This document shows positions 8,776-18,210 of a DNA stretch of 27,787 nt, in pieces (position 1 is the first letter of the stretch; each line of letters starts with the position of its first letter). The translations under genes and the position numbers were made by a program. The notes below the pieces were generated by a model. It searched no databases, was not told the DNA's origin, and was given only the letters and a program-made list of their open reading frames with translations. The stretch comes from Cyanobacteria bacterium P01_D01_bin.156. Its GTDB lineage: Bacteria > Cyanobacteriota > Cyanobacteriia > Phormidesmidales > Phormidesmidaceae. The stretch covers positions 1 to 27,787 of the forward strand of contig JBCCQQ010000075.1 of the NCBI GenBank assembly GCA_039024555.1, given 5' to 3'.

Positions 8776-11700
8776 ATGACACAGTTAATGTTGCGATTAT
8801 GGGTAAAGCTGTATTGCTGCTTTTTGTTGCTCCTTACATTTGGGGCAAGGGCAGCTCATGCTCAATCAATTACACCGGCTAATGATGGCACTGGGACGGC
8901 TGTTAGTACATCCGATGATTCTGCTCAATATGACATCAGCGGCGGCACCCAGGCGGGTGGTAACCTTTTCCACAGCTTTGAGCAGTTTGGTTTGGATCAA
9001 GGTCAAATTGCTAACTTTCTCTCTAACCCTGACATTGACAATATCCTAAGTCGAGTCGTCGGTGGCGATGCCTCTGTAATCGATGGTCTGATTCAGGTGA
9101 CCGGAGGACAGTCAAATCTATTTTTGATGAACCCAGCCGGGGTTTTGTTTGGTCCCAACGCACGGCTTAATATCCCGGCTGATTTTACAGCGACTACTGC
9201 CAATGGCATCCAAATTGATGATTACTGGTTTAACGCCATAGGGTCTAACGACTATGCCAATCTGGTGGGTACGCCTAGTAGCTTTGCTTTTACCAGTGGT
9301 GAGCCTGGCGCTGTTATTAATGCAGGGGAACTGAGCGTTTCACACGGGGAAAGTGTGACTCTATTGGGAGGTTTTGTTGTAAATACAGGTACTATAGAAG
9401 CCCCCGGTGGCAATATCACAATTGCTTCGGTACCAGGAGAGGACTTAGTAAGCATTTCTCCTGAAGGGAGTCTGCTCAGTTTAGGGTTACCCATTGAGGA
9501 ACAAGCAGGGCTCAATACGTCATCTCAGACTCTTACGGCACAAGAAATTCCAGCATTACTTTCAGGGAGCGGTATTTCTCAAAATTTGGGATTGGTGGTG
9601 GAAGATGGTGTGGTGAAATTAGCTAGCACTGATACCACCATTCCAACAGACTCTGGCACAACTATTGTTTCTAATGAACTTAATGCGGTAGACACTGCAG
9701 CTGATGGAAGTGGTGGAACAATTGATGTGTTGGGAGAGCGAATTGGGTTACTAGATGCGGCATTGGATGCATCTGGGACAAATGGAGGTGGCGATATTCG
9801 AATTGGAGGAGAGTATCAAGGGGGTGGTCCGATTGCGAATGCGGAACATACCTATATTGATTCAGGTTCAACTATTGCTTCGGACGCTCTGATAAATGGT
9901 AATGGCGGGCGAGTGATTGTCTGGGCTGATGATACGACTCAGTTTTTAGGTAGTGTGACTGCTCGCGGAGGACCTGAGTCAGGTGATGGTGGTTTTGTAG
10001 AAGTTTCCGGCAGGGATCATCTCGCATTTAATGGCATTGTAGATGTCAGTGCCCCTGCGGGGCTTAATGGTGAACTGTTACTTGATCCACGCAATGTCGT
10101 CATTGGGTCAATTGGTACAGACAACCCAGCGCTGAATGATAGTCAGATATTTCCCGAGGATGGGGGGGGAGATACCTTTTTTATATCTGGTGCAAAAGTA
10201 GTTGAAATTTTAGAGAGCAGTAATGTCAATATTGCTGCAAGTGAAAGGATTACAGTCGGGGCAGAAATTGATGCATCTAACAATGCGGGTGAAAATGACC
10301 TAATGCTAAGCTCTGCATTAATTTTGCTGAATGACTCGATATTTTTGAATAATGGAGAAGTTGCCTTTGATGGCCCTATCTTTGTGGGTAACGATGTAAC
10401 AGTTAGCACCGGTTCAGAAGGTGGCGACATTGTTTTTCGAGCAACTCTGAATGGGGTTGATGGGAATCAGGCATTGACACTTTTTGCTGGGACTGGGGAT
10501 ATTGAGTTTTTAGATTCTGTAGGTGCCTATCGAAACATCCCTGGCAGCAATGCTTTAACATTTCAAGTTGCAGATGTAGATCCTAGCTTCAGCAGTACAT
10601 TCACAGTAGTTGGCAATCTAGTTTATTTTGCCGCTGATGATGGTTTAACTGGGATTGAGCTATGGCGCAGCAATGGAACGACTGAAGGCACTTCATTAGT
10701 TGAAGATATCAATCCAGGCAGTGAATCTTCATTCCCAAGTGGATTAACCAATGTAGATGGACTCTTGTTTTTCGCTGCGGATGATGGCACTAATGGAGGC
10801 GAACTCTGGCGTAGTGATGGGACTGAACCTGGAACCTTTCTAGTTGAAGATATTAATCCAGGCAGTGAATCCTCGTCTCCGAATAGGTTAACCAATGTAG
10901 ATGAATTCTTATTTTTTACCGCAGATAATGGCATCAATGGGCGAGAACTCTGGCGTAGTAATGGCACTGAACCTGGGACTTTTTTGGTTGAAGATATCAA
11001 CCCAGGTAATGAATCCTCATTTGAAGATGAATTCTCTTCATCTTCAAATGAGTTAACCAATGTAAATGAACTTTTATTTTTCGCTGCAGATGATGGCACT
11101 AATGGGAAAGAGCTCTGGCGTAGCAATGGTACTGAAGCTGGTACTTTCTTAGTTGAAGATATTAATTCAGGCAATGGTTCATCCAGTGATCCAGCTAACT
11201 TAACCAATGTAGATGGAATCTTATTCTTTACAGCAGATAATGGTATTAATGGGGAAGAACTCTGGCGTAGTAATGGCACTGAAGTTGGCACTTTCTTGGT
11301 TGAAGACATTGGGTCAGACAATTTTTCACTCAGTGCTCCAGCCAACTTGACTAATGTGGATGGAATCTTATTCTTTACTGCAGACGATGATATTAATGGC
11401 CGAGAACTCTGGCGTAGTGATGGTACTGAAAATGGCACTTTCTTGGTTAAAGATATTACACCAGGTGATTTTTCATTCAGTGCTCCAGCTAACTTAACCA
11501 ACGTAGATGGAATCTTATTTTTCACTGCAGATGATGGTATTAATGGGGAAGAACTCTGGCGTAGTGATGGCACTGAACTTGGTACCTCTCTGGTTACTGA
11601 CATTAACCTAGCTGATGATTCATCTAGTAATCCATCTAATTTGACAAATGTAGATGGAGTCTTATTTTTCACTGCAAACGATGGTATTAATGGGGAAGAA

Positions 11701-13488
11701 CTCTGGCGCAGTGATGGTACTGAACCTGGCACTTCTTTAGTTGCAAATATTAATCCAAGCAGTCGTCGCTTTGATGAGGGTCCGGGAAGTCTCACCAATT
11801 TCAGTGGTGAGCTTCTCTTCAGTGCAAATAATGGTCAAGATGGTCAAAATTTCAGGCAATTGTGGCGCAGCAATGGTATTCCTGTTCCATCAGTGCTAGG
11901 CTCAATTGAATTGATTATTAAAGGTGTCAATAATGTAAATTTTTCTGATTCAACTGAGCTAAACTCCTCTGATTCATTTTTTGTAGATAGTATCAACATT
12001 AATTCAACTGGTGATATCAACTTCTATGGAGATATCAACACCACTGATCAAGGTAGAGGCATCATACTTGATGCCAATGGAAATATCACAACCGGAGGTA
12101 TTAACACAGCTTTCCGAAATTTTGGGCCGGTTAATATATCAACTGGTGGTAATTTTCTCGCACGAAACAATGGTTCTCTAGTTGACATTGATGGTCAATC
12201 AGTGAATATCGTTGCAGAAAACAATATCACTACTGGCAATATTGTAACTTCTCCTAGTGATGATGAGATTGGCAACTCAACAGAAGAATTTGTCAATCTC
12301 ACTACTAGGACTGGCAATATTCGAGTCGGATATATTTTAGCTGGTGCAGGTGGAATCAATATTGATTCTGCTGGTTTGTTTCAATCTCTTAATGCCAGAC
12401 CTGCTTCAATAAATAGAACTGATAGTCCACCACCATCTTTACGAAACTTTATAAACGGGCTAGGGTATACAGACTTTCCTGCACTCCTTTTTATTGATAA
12501 CTTTTTGGTCAGCTTGGAATCAGTAGATGGCTCAATAACTATTCGCTATGGACAAAATAGAGAAACTCTGTTCCCGCTGCAAGATGGAATTCTAATTGAA
12601 GGCGATCCAAACCAGAGGTTTATCATTGGCCCAAACTACTCAGTGGCTAATCCATTTGAGCCCAGTAATTTTCAGGAGTTAGATATCTTTGACAATGACT
12701 CCAGACCTATAAACTTCGATCTGTTTGATTCGGCCTCAAACCCAAACGGTTATTTCCCAGATAATGATGGAGACAGTGTTTTCAGTGTCAGAGCTAATGG
12801 GGTACCACTAAATTTCCCTTCATCAGAGTTCCCCAATAATGTTAGTGGTCTTGTGGCTGGAATTTCTAGTACCAATACTGACAGTAGTTTACAAGGTTCT
12901 TTACAAAGTCGAGTATTCGGAAACGATAATGAGCAAGATAACATACCACCCGACCCCTCACAATTTGAGATAGCCAACGCGATTTGTGAAAATGAGCGAT
13001 CTACAGTTCCCCCCGATGAACCTGTTTTGACAATTGATGAATCACTGCTCCCCCCTGACGCTCAATTGATCGAGAGTTCTTCATTCGCCAACCCCTGTGG
13101 GGATTTGCCTGCTATCGATCATGGGGAGCCTGAACCGATAGATGACGATCAACCGCACTCCTTTATCCATCAACCTAATGAGGAGGATCATGTAGAGGAT
13201 GATGTTGAACCCTCTATCTATATTTCTGATAATGGAGCGCCTACAATTCAGATCTTCTCTCCTGATTTTGAAGAATCTACTCATGAGGAACAGGTAGTCG
13301 AGTCCGTAGTATTAGAACTCGATCCGCAAGTAGCCTTCAACTCAGATAATGATGGCTTGGAAAATAGCGAAACGCCTACGTCTGCCCTTATTGACAATGG
13401 ATTGCCAATCACACAAATCTTTTCACCTAAGGTGAAAAGATTAGCTGATGGAGAAAGTGGAGTGGTTCTACCTGTAAGTGTTCCTTAA
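8776..13488 (+). CDS. Filamentous-haemagglutinin-type TpsA exoprotein with ELWxxDGT repeat region and acidic C-terminus, 1570 aa
   Basis: Signal peptide (AHA-QSIT), TPS secretion domain (NLFHSFEQFGL, ILSRVVGG, LFLMNPAGVLFG), Gly-rich beta-helix repeats (ASGTNGGGDIRIGG, GDGGFVEVSG), ELWRS(D/N)GT repeats. Adjacent to a TpsB gene. Confidence 0.92.
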   Translation: MTQLMLRLWVKLYCCFLLLLTFGARAAHAQSITPANDGTGTAVSTSDDSAQYDISGGTQAGGNLFHSFEQFGLDQGQIANFLSNPDIDNILSRVVGGDASVIDGLIQVTGGQSNLFLMNPAGVLFGPNARLNIPADFTATTANGIQIDDYWFNAIGSNDYANLVGTPSSFAFTSGEPGAVINAGELSVSHGESVTLLGGFVVNTGTIEAPGGNITIASVPGEDLVSISPEGSLLSLGLPIEEQAGLNTSSQTLTAQEIPALLSGSGISQNLGLVVEDGVVKLASTDTTIPTDSGTTIVSNELNAVDTAADGSGGTIDVLGERIGLLDAALDASGTNGGGDIRIGGEYQGGGPIANAEHTYIDSGSTIASDALINGNGGRVIVWADDTTQFLGSVTARGGPESGDGGFVEVSGRDHLAFNGIVDVSAPAGLNGELLLDPRNVVIGSIGTDNPALNDSQIFPEDGGGDTFFISGAKVVEILESSNVNIAASERITVGAEIDASNNAGENDLMLSSALILLNDSIFLNNGEVAFDGPIFVGNDVTVSTGSEGGDIVFRATLNGVDGNQALTLFAGTGDIEFLDSVGAYRNIPGSNALTFQVADVDPSFSSTFTVVGNLVYFAADDGLTGIELWRSNGTTEGTSLVEDINPGSESSFPSGLTNVDGLLFFAADDGTNGGELWRSDGTEPGTFLVEDINPGSESSSPNRLTNVDEFLFFTADNGINGRELWRSNGTEPGTFLVEDINPGNESSFEDEFSSSSNELTNVNELLFFAADDGTNGKELWRSNGTEAGTFLVEDINSGNGSSSDPANLTNVDGILFFTADNGINGEELWRSNGTEVGTFLVEDIGSDNFSLSAPANLTNVDGILFFTADDDINGRELWRSDGTENGTFLVKDITPGDFSFSAPANLTNVDGILFFTADDGINGEELWRSDGTELGTSLVTDINLADDSSSNPSNLTNVDGVLFFTANDGINGEELWRSDGTEPGTSLVANINPSSRRFDEGPGSLTNFSGELLFSANNGQDGQNFRQLWRSNGIPVPSVLGSIELIIKGVNNVNFSDSTELNSSDSFFVDSININSTGDINFYGDINTTDQGRGIILDANGNITTGGINTAFRNFGPVNISTGGNFLARNNGSLVDIDGQSVNIVAENNITTGNIVTSPSDDEIGNSTEEFVNLTTRTGNIRVGYILAGAGGINIDSAGLFQSLNARPASINRTDSPPPSLRNFINGLGYTDFPALLFIDNFLVSLESVDGSITIRYGQNRETLFPLQDGILIEGDPNQRFIIGPNYSVANPFEPSNFQELDIFDNDSRPINFDLFDSASNPNGYFPDNDGDSVFSVRANGVPLNFPSSEFPNNVSGLVAGISSTNTDSSLQGSLQSRVFGNDNEQDNIPPDPSQFEIANAICENERSTVPPDEPVLTIDESLLPPDAQLIESSSFANPCGDLPAIDHGEPEPIDDDQPHSFIHQPNEEDHVEDDVEPSIYISDNGAPTIQIFSPDFEESTHEEQVVESVVLELDPQVAFNSDNDGLENSETPTSALIDNGLPITQIFSPKVKRLADGESGVVLPVSVP
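10600..11880 (+). repeat. Intragenic tandem ELWxxDGT repeats: 8 full plus 1 degenerate, unit mostly 144-147 bp
   Basis: ELWRS codons start at 10657, 10801, 10945, 11110, 11257, 11404, 11551 and 11698, with degenerate QLWRS at 11857. Consensus LTNVDGxLFFxAxxGxNGxELWRS(D/N)GTExGTxLVxDI. Confidence 0.92.
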
Positions 13489-13505
13489 GCTACACAGAAT
13501 GTCTA

Positions 13506-15854
13506 ATGAAACAACAAGGTTGGATATCTCCTGTTTTTGCACCTCTCATGATGCTTGGTCTAATTACAAGCTACGTATTGGCTACAATACCCCCTGCTCT
13601 AGCTCAAAATTCACAAAATGAATCCCTAACTCAATCTAATAGGGCCTTTGAACAAGGTTTAACAGCCTATCAAAATGGCCAAATGTTAGAAGCTATTCAA
13701 CACTGGCAAAATGCTTTAACGTTATATGAGATTCCTCTAAAACGTGCGCAAATATTGGGTAATCTAGCAATTGCCTACTATGAGACGGGTCAATATATCA
13801 ATGCTCTTGAAGTAAATCAAGAGGCATTGGACATCTTTGATGATCTAGACATGGAAGAAGCTGTTGGTCAAGTTCAAAGCAATTTAGCGAATGTCTATGT
13901 CAATTTAGGAGACTATAACAGTGCTATTGCAGCCTATCAAACCAGTTTAAGCGCTGCCCAGTTGTCAGGAGACCGTGTTGCTGAAGGCATCATTACAGGT
14001 AATCTTGGTTATATTTACGCTATTCAAGGTGAACAACTAATTGCTCTAGAAAAATATGAGCACAGTTTAGCCATTGCCAGAGAAATGAACGATCTCGAAG
14101 GCGAAAGCCATCGACTGTTAAACATTGGATTGGCCTATCATGCTCTTGAAAACATTCCTTATGCTATCTCGTACTATCAAATGAGCCTCGAGATTGCACA
14201 AGATCTTAATCATCGTTCTCTGCAGGCTAAGGCATTAGGGAATTTAGGAATGGCTATAGCTGATAACGATCAATATGACAATGCCATCTTACACTACGAA
14301 CAAAGCCTCACTATTGCCAAAACATTGCATGATCCAAACCTGACAGCAATGATACTTAATAATTTAGGGTATACCTTTTTAGCAGCTAATCGACTGGACG
14401 AGGCTGAAGAGAAACTAAGAGAAGCGATCTCAAACTTAGATAGTCTCCGTACGCAGCTTAACGATACCTACAATGTCTCAATTTTTGATACCCAAATTTA
14501 TACTTATAACCTGCTAGCGCAAATTTTAGTAGCACAGAATAAACCAGAAGCAGCTTTAGAAATTTCAGAAGCTGGACGGGCCAGGGCTATAGCTAAGCTC
14601 TTAACCAATCGATTTCAATCAACTGATATAGAACTTGCCGGTTCAGCTTCTGAGCACGTTGATAACTCCTTACCACCAACCATAAATGAAATTCGACAGT
14701 TGGCACAAGAGCGAAACGTTACCTTAATTGAATATTCTCTGGTTCCTGAAGAAGCTTTCCGGCAGCAGGGTAGGCAGCGAGGGCGCATATCCGAAATTCA
14801 TATTTGGGTAGTAAAACCAACAGGAGAAGTGAAATTTAATCAGGTCAAGTTATCTCCTGATGAGCCGTCTTTGCAAGACTTAGTGTCTAATAGTCGCCGG
14901 GCTATGGGGGTTTCTGATGGGCGTGGAGGATTAGTATTGGAGAATGATCTGCCTCAAAATCAACTGAAAACCTTACATCGTTTGTTGATTGAGCCAATTG
15001 CTGAGTGGTTGCCAACCAATCCTGCATCCCCAGTCGTCATTATTCCACAAGAAAGACTCTTCCTTGTACCATTTGCGGCTTTACAAAACGAAGCTGGTGA
15101 ATACCTAATCGAACAACACACTCTGTTAACAGCCCCATCAATCCGAACCCTATCGCTAACTCATGCAATGAGGCAAAATCAACGTATTAGCGTTTCACAG
15201 CAAAATTTAACTGAGAAAGAAGCATTAGTGATCGGTAATCCTGTAATGCCGAATATTTGGGTTTCACAGGAGGAACCTTCAAAACAACTTCCGACTTTGC
15301 CAAAAGCTGTAAATGAAGCAGAAACAATTGCTGGTATTTTTGGAACCGAACCTCTTATCGGACATGAGGCAACAGAAACCTTTGTCAAAGAGCGGATACA
15401 AACTGCGCAAATTGTTCATCTTGCAACTCATGGCTTACTGGAATATGGTCAGCCCAGAACTTATGGTATCCAAAATATCCCCGGTGCGGTAGCCCTTGCA
15501 CCTAGTCAGGATGATGATGGTCTATTAACTGCCAATGAGATCCAAGCCTTTGAGTTAAGTGCTGAATTAGTTGTTCTGAGCGCCTGCGATACAGGGCTAG
15601 GGACCATTACAGGTGACGGTATCATTGGCCTTTCCCGTTCTCTTATCGCAGCCGGAGCACCCAGCGTTGTAGTGTCACTTTGGTCAGTCCCCGATGCCCC
15701 CACCGCTGACCTCATGATCAAATTCTATGAAGAACTTGAATTAGGAAAAGACAAAGCTCAAGCACTGCGGCAAGCGATGCTACAAATCATGGAAGAATAC
15801 CCTGATGAACCCCAAAACTGGGCTGCGTTCACCTTAATTGGAGAAGCCAATTAA
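13506..15854 (+). CDS. Exported TPR-CHAT protease, 782 aa
   Basis: Signal ending PPALA-QN, about 7 TPRs, SEAGRARA linker, VHLATHG and VVLSACDTG. Starts 17 bp after the tpsA stop. Confidence 0.93.
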   Translation: MKQQGWISPVFAPLMMLGLITSYVLATIPPALAQNSQNESLTQSNRAFEQGLTAYQNGQMLEAIQHWQNALTLYEIPLKRAQILGNLAIAYYETGQYINALEVNQEALDIFDDLDMEEAVGQVQSNLANVYVNLGDYNSAIAAYQTSLSAAQLSGDRVAEGIITGNLGYIYAIQGEQLIALEKYEHSLAIAREMNDLEGESHRLLNIGLAYHALENIPYAISYYQMSLEIAQDLNHRSLQAKALGNLGMAIADNDQYDNAILHYEQSLTIAKTLHDPNLTAMILNNLGYTFLAANRLDEAEEKLREAISNLDSLRTQLNDTYNVSIFDTQIYTYNLLAQILVAQNKPEAALEISEAGRARAIAKLLTNRFQSTDIELAGSASEHVDNSLPPTINEIRQLAQERNVTLIEYSLVPEEAFRQQGRQRGRISEIHIWVVKPTGEVKFNQVKLSPDEPSLQDLVSNSRRAMGVSDGRGGLVLENDLPQNQLKTLHRLLIEPIAEWLPTNPASPVVIIPQERLFLVPFAALQNEAGEYLIEQHTLLTAPSIRTLSLTHAMRQNQRISVSQQNLTEKEALVIGNPVMPNIWVSQEEPSKQLPTLPKAVNEAETIAGIFGTEPLIGHEATETFVKERIQTAQIVHLATHGLLEYGQPRTYGIQNIPGAVALAPSQDDDGLLTANEIQAFELSAELVVLSACDTGLGTITGDGIIGLSRSLIAAGAPSVVVSLWSVPDAPTADLMIKFYEELELGKDKAQALRQAMLQIMEEYPDEPQNWAAFTLIGEAN

Positions 15855-15884
15855 TCTAAGTTTATGGAGTTGTGATTATTACTA

Positions 15885-18164
15885 ATGGTTAACCTGAATC
15901 GTCGTCACTTTCTTCAAGGCACTGCCGGAGCCCTCGGTGCAATTGGCCTTAGTCAGTTAAGCTTAACCCACTCTGCCACCCGTTACGGTCAGGCTCTTGC
16001 CCAAGATACCTCTCGCAAGGTTGCCCTGCTCGTTGGCATTAATAGCTACCCTGGTGAAGCCCTGGGCGGCTCGCTGAACGATGTAGAGCTACAGCGACGA
16101 CTGCTAATCCATCGCTTTGGCTTTAATGATAGCGATATTCGTATTCTGCCAGAGCAACAAGCCTCACGTCATAACATTTTAGGTGCCTTTAACGAATACC
16201 TCTATGAACCTGCAAAGTCAGGTGATGTGGTTGTTTTTCACTTTTCTGGCCACGGTGACAGAGTGCGAGAAAGTGAACTTATGGGCGATTTTATAAATCG
16301 GTTAGACAGGAGTTGCATTAATCCTAACGAATGTCTGAACACCGCGATCGCACCCTACCGCTATGACGAAGACCTCGAAAACGGGGTACAAGAAATCATG
16401 GGTCATACGCTCCTGTTAATGCGGGCAGCTCTAGCCCAGAAGACCGAGAATGTCACATTTGTGCTCGACTGCTGCTATGCAGGCGGTGGCAAACGGGGCA
16501 ATGCCGTAATGCGATCGCTCAACCAGGCGTCGGTCACCCGATCCGGCCTGCGACAAATCTTTGACACGGAATGGGAATACCAGCGACAGCTCTTAGATCA
16601 GCTAGGCTGGGATGAAAATCAGTTTGTTGAGGCCATCCTTTCACCCCAGGGGCAGGGCTTTTTTATAGGGGCTGCTCAATATAATGAACTGGCCGCAGAC
16701 TATAGCTTTGATGGCTTCACCGCCGGGGCCTTCACCTATCTACTCACCCAGTACCTCTGGCAAGCCACGGGTCCCCTGTCAGAAACCATCCCCATGGTTA
16801 CTAGCAGTTCGACCCGGTTAGCGGAGCATAGCCAACAGCCCATCTACGATCCTGATCCAACTGCAGAACCCGCCGTTCGCACCAAGCCGATTTACCATAT
16901 TGACCCCGTTGCCCAACCGGCTGAGGCCCTGGTGCTAGGCCCGGTTCAAACCGAATCAGCCGCCGATAAATCAGAGGATGATCGGCTCCAACTCTGGCTG
17001 GGGGGGCTAGATCCTTGGTCATTAGACGCCTTCGATCAAGGTGCTATCTTCTCAGTCATTGATCACAAAACAGGGGAAGAGCTGGGCGAAGTCCAACAGA
17101 TTGATGGCACGAGAGATGGGCTCCTCACCGAAGGTCGATTTGTCAGCACAACTCGAGGCACCCGAGCAGCAGATACGTCTGCCCAATTTCTGCAAGAAAA
17201 GATTCGCGGCATCCCTAAGAACGTCACCCTCAAAGTCGCCCTGGATGAGACCCTGACGCCTGCCGAACGGCAGGTTGTCCTGGATGACCTGGGTCGATCT
17301 CCTGATTTTGAGGTCTTTCCTGTACAACCTGGCCAGTCAGCCCATGTGCTTTTAGGCCGTTACACTGACAGTATTGACCAACGTCTAGGGTTAAATTCTG
17401 TTGATATTCAGTTACGGCAAATCATTGGCAGCATTGGCCTATTCTCCCCTACCCAAAAACCTATCCTGGTTGGCTCCTTTGGGCAGACCGGTGAAACCAT
17501 AGAAGCCGCTCTTGATCGGCTCAGATCCCGGTTTGTGAGCTTATACCTTGGGCGTATGCTAGCCCTGATGGTTAACCAGCAAACCTCTCGCATTAATGTC
17601 AGTCTATCGGTCGATCATCGCGGCTCCCGCAGTGGGACCACCACCCGTGGCGGGAATCCCGATGACATTATCATTCCACAGCAGTCAGAGCGCGGGATTG
17701 ATCAAATCGTTGTGGGCAATGAAATTGCCGTCAAAGTCCAAAATAATGAATCCTACGATTTGCACTTTGGTGTCCTGGTGATTGACGCGGCGGGGGAGGT
17801 CAATGTCTTATTTCCCCCAGCTGTAGATGATCCTCAAATTGATTTGATTTCTAGTCGGCAGTCAGAAACGATCGGACTGAAAGGGGCAGAGCCTCACGGC
17901 ATTACGGAGTTGCTGGTCTTAGCGAGCCCCCAGTCCCTGGTCACCCCCCTCAAAAAATTAAGAGGCAGTGCGCCTAAGGTAAATCGACGGCTCAGGCGAG
18001 GTGCCGAAGCGGATACCGTCGCGGCAATGGACGATATCTTTGGCGCGATGGATACCCGTAGATCGGGGGGGACCGTTAGCTCAATTCAAGGCCCAAGGTT
18101 GCTAGATGTGCAAAACGTGGCTGTTTTATCTTTGCTCTTTGAGATCGTACCAACGGAATCATGA
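15885..18164 (+). CDS. Caspase-family (peptidase C14, orthocaspase-type) protein with Tat signal and C-terminal DUF4384-like Ig domain, 759 aa
   Basis: Twin-arginine NRRHFLQ, KVALLVGINSY, LNDV, VVVFHFSGHG (catalytic His), VLDCCYAGG (catalytic Cys), GAFTYLL, C-terminal VKVQNNE...LVIDAAGEVNVLFP. Confidence 0.9.
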   Translation: MVNLNRRHFLQGTAGALGAIGLSQLSLTHSATRYGQALAQDTSRKVALLVGINSYPGEALGGSLNDVELQRRLLIHRFGFNDSDIRILPEQQASRHNILGAFNEYLYEPAKSGDVVVFHFSGHGDRVRESELMGDFINRLDRSCINPNECLNTAIAPYRYDEDLENGVQEIMGHTLLLMRAALAQKTENVTFVLDCCYAGGGKRGNAVMRSLNQASVTRSGLRQIFDTEWEYQRQLLDQLGWDENQFVEAILSPQGQGFFIGAAQYNELAADYSFDGFTAGAFTYLLTQYLWQATGPLSETIPMVTSSSTRLAEHSQQPIYDPDPTAEPAVRTKPIYHIDPVAQPAEALVLGPVQTESAADKSEDDRLQLWLGGLDPWSLDAFDQGAIFSVIDHKTGEELGEVQQIDGTRDGLLTEGRFVSTTRGTRAADTSAQFLQEKIRGIPKNVTLKVALDETLTPAERQVVLDDLGRSPDFEVFPVQPGQSAHVLLGRYTDSIDQRLGLNSVDIQLRQIIGSIGLFSPTQKPILVGSFGQTGETIEAALDRLRSRFVSLYLGRMLALMVNQQTSRINVSLSVDHRGSRSGTTTRGGNPDDIIIPQQSERGIDQIVVGNEIAVKVQNNESYDLHFGVLVIDAAGEVNVLFPPAVDDPQIDLISSRQSETIGLKGAEPHGITELLVLASPQSLVTPLKKLRGSAPKVNRRLRRGAEADTVAAMDDIFGAMDTRRSGGTVSSIQGPRLLDVQNVAVLSLLFEIVPTES

Positions 18165-18210
18165 TTTCATAAATCTAGAGTCCCCATCCATCTAAACCAG
18201 TGCCAGGGCA

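Noticed and set aside
9958..9972. RGG in TpsA (TARGG), plus TGRGGG in the 3954 gene and TLRGGL in the first CHAT, as further cleavage sites
   Set aside because: They lie in Gly-rich structural repeats or at positions where paralogs lack RGG, so they were not counted as evidence.
10623..11798. 391-aa antisense ORF
   Set aside because: Shadow of the ELWxxDGT repeats on the opposite strand; Ser/Pro/Lys-rich, with no independent coding signal.
10600..11880. Regular DNA repeats as a possible CRISPR array
   Set aside because: In-frame protein repeats of ~144-165 bp with wobble-position variation, no unique spacers and no cas genes. The CHAT proteins are not evidently Csx29, and no Cas7-11 is present.
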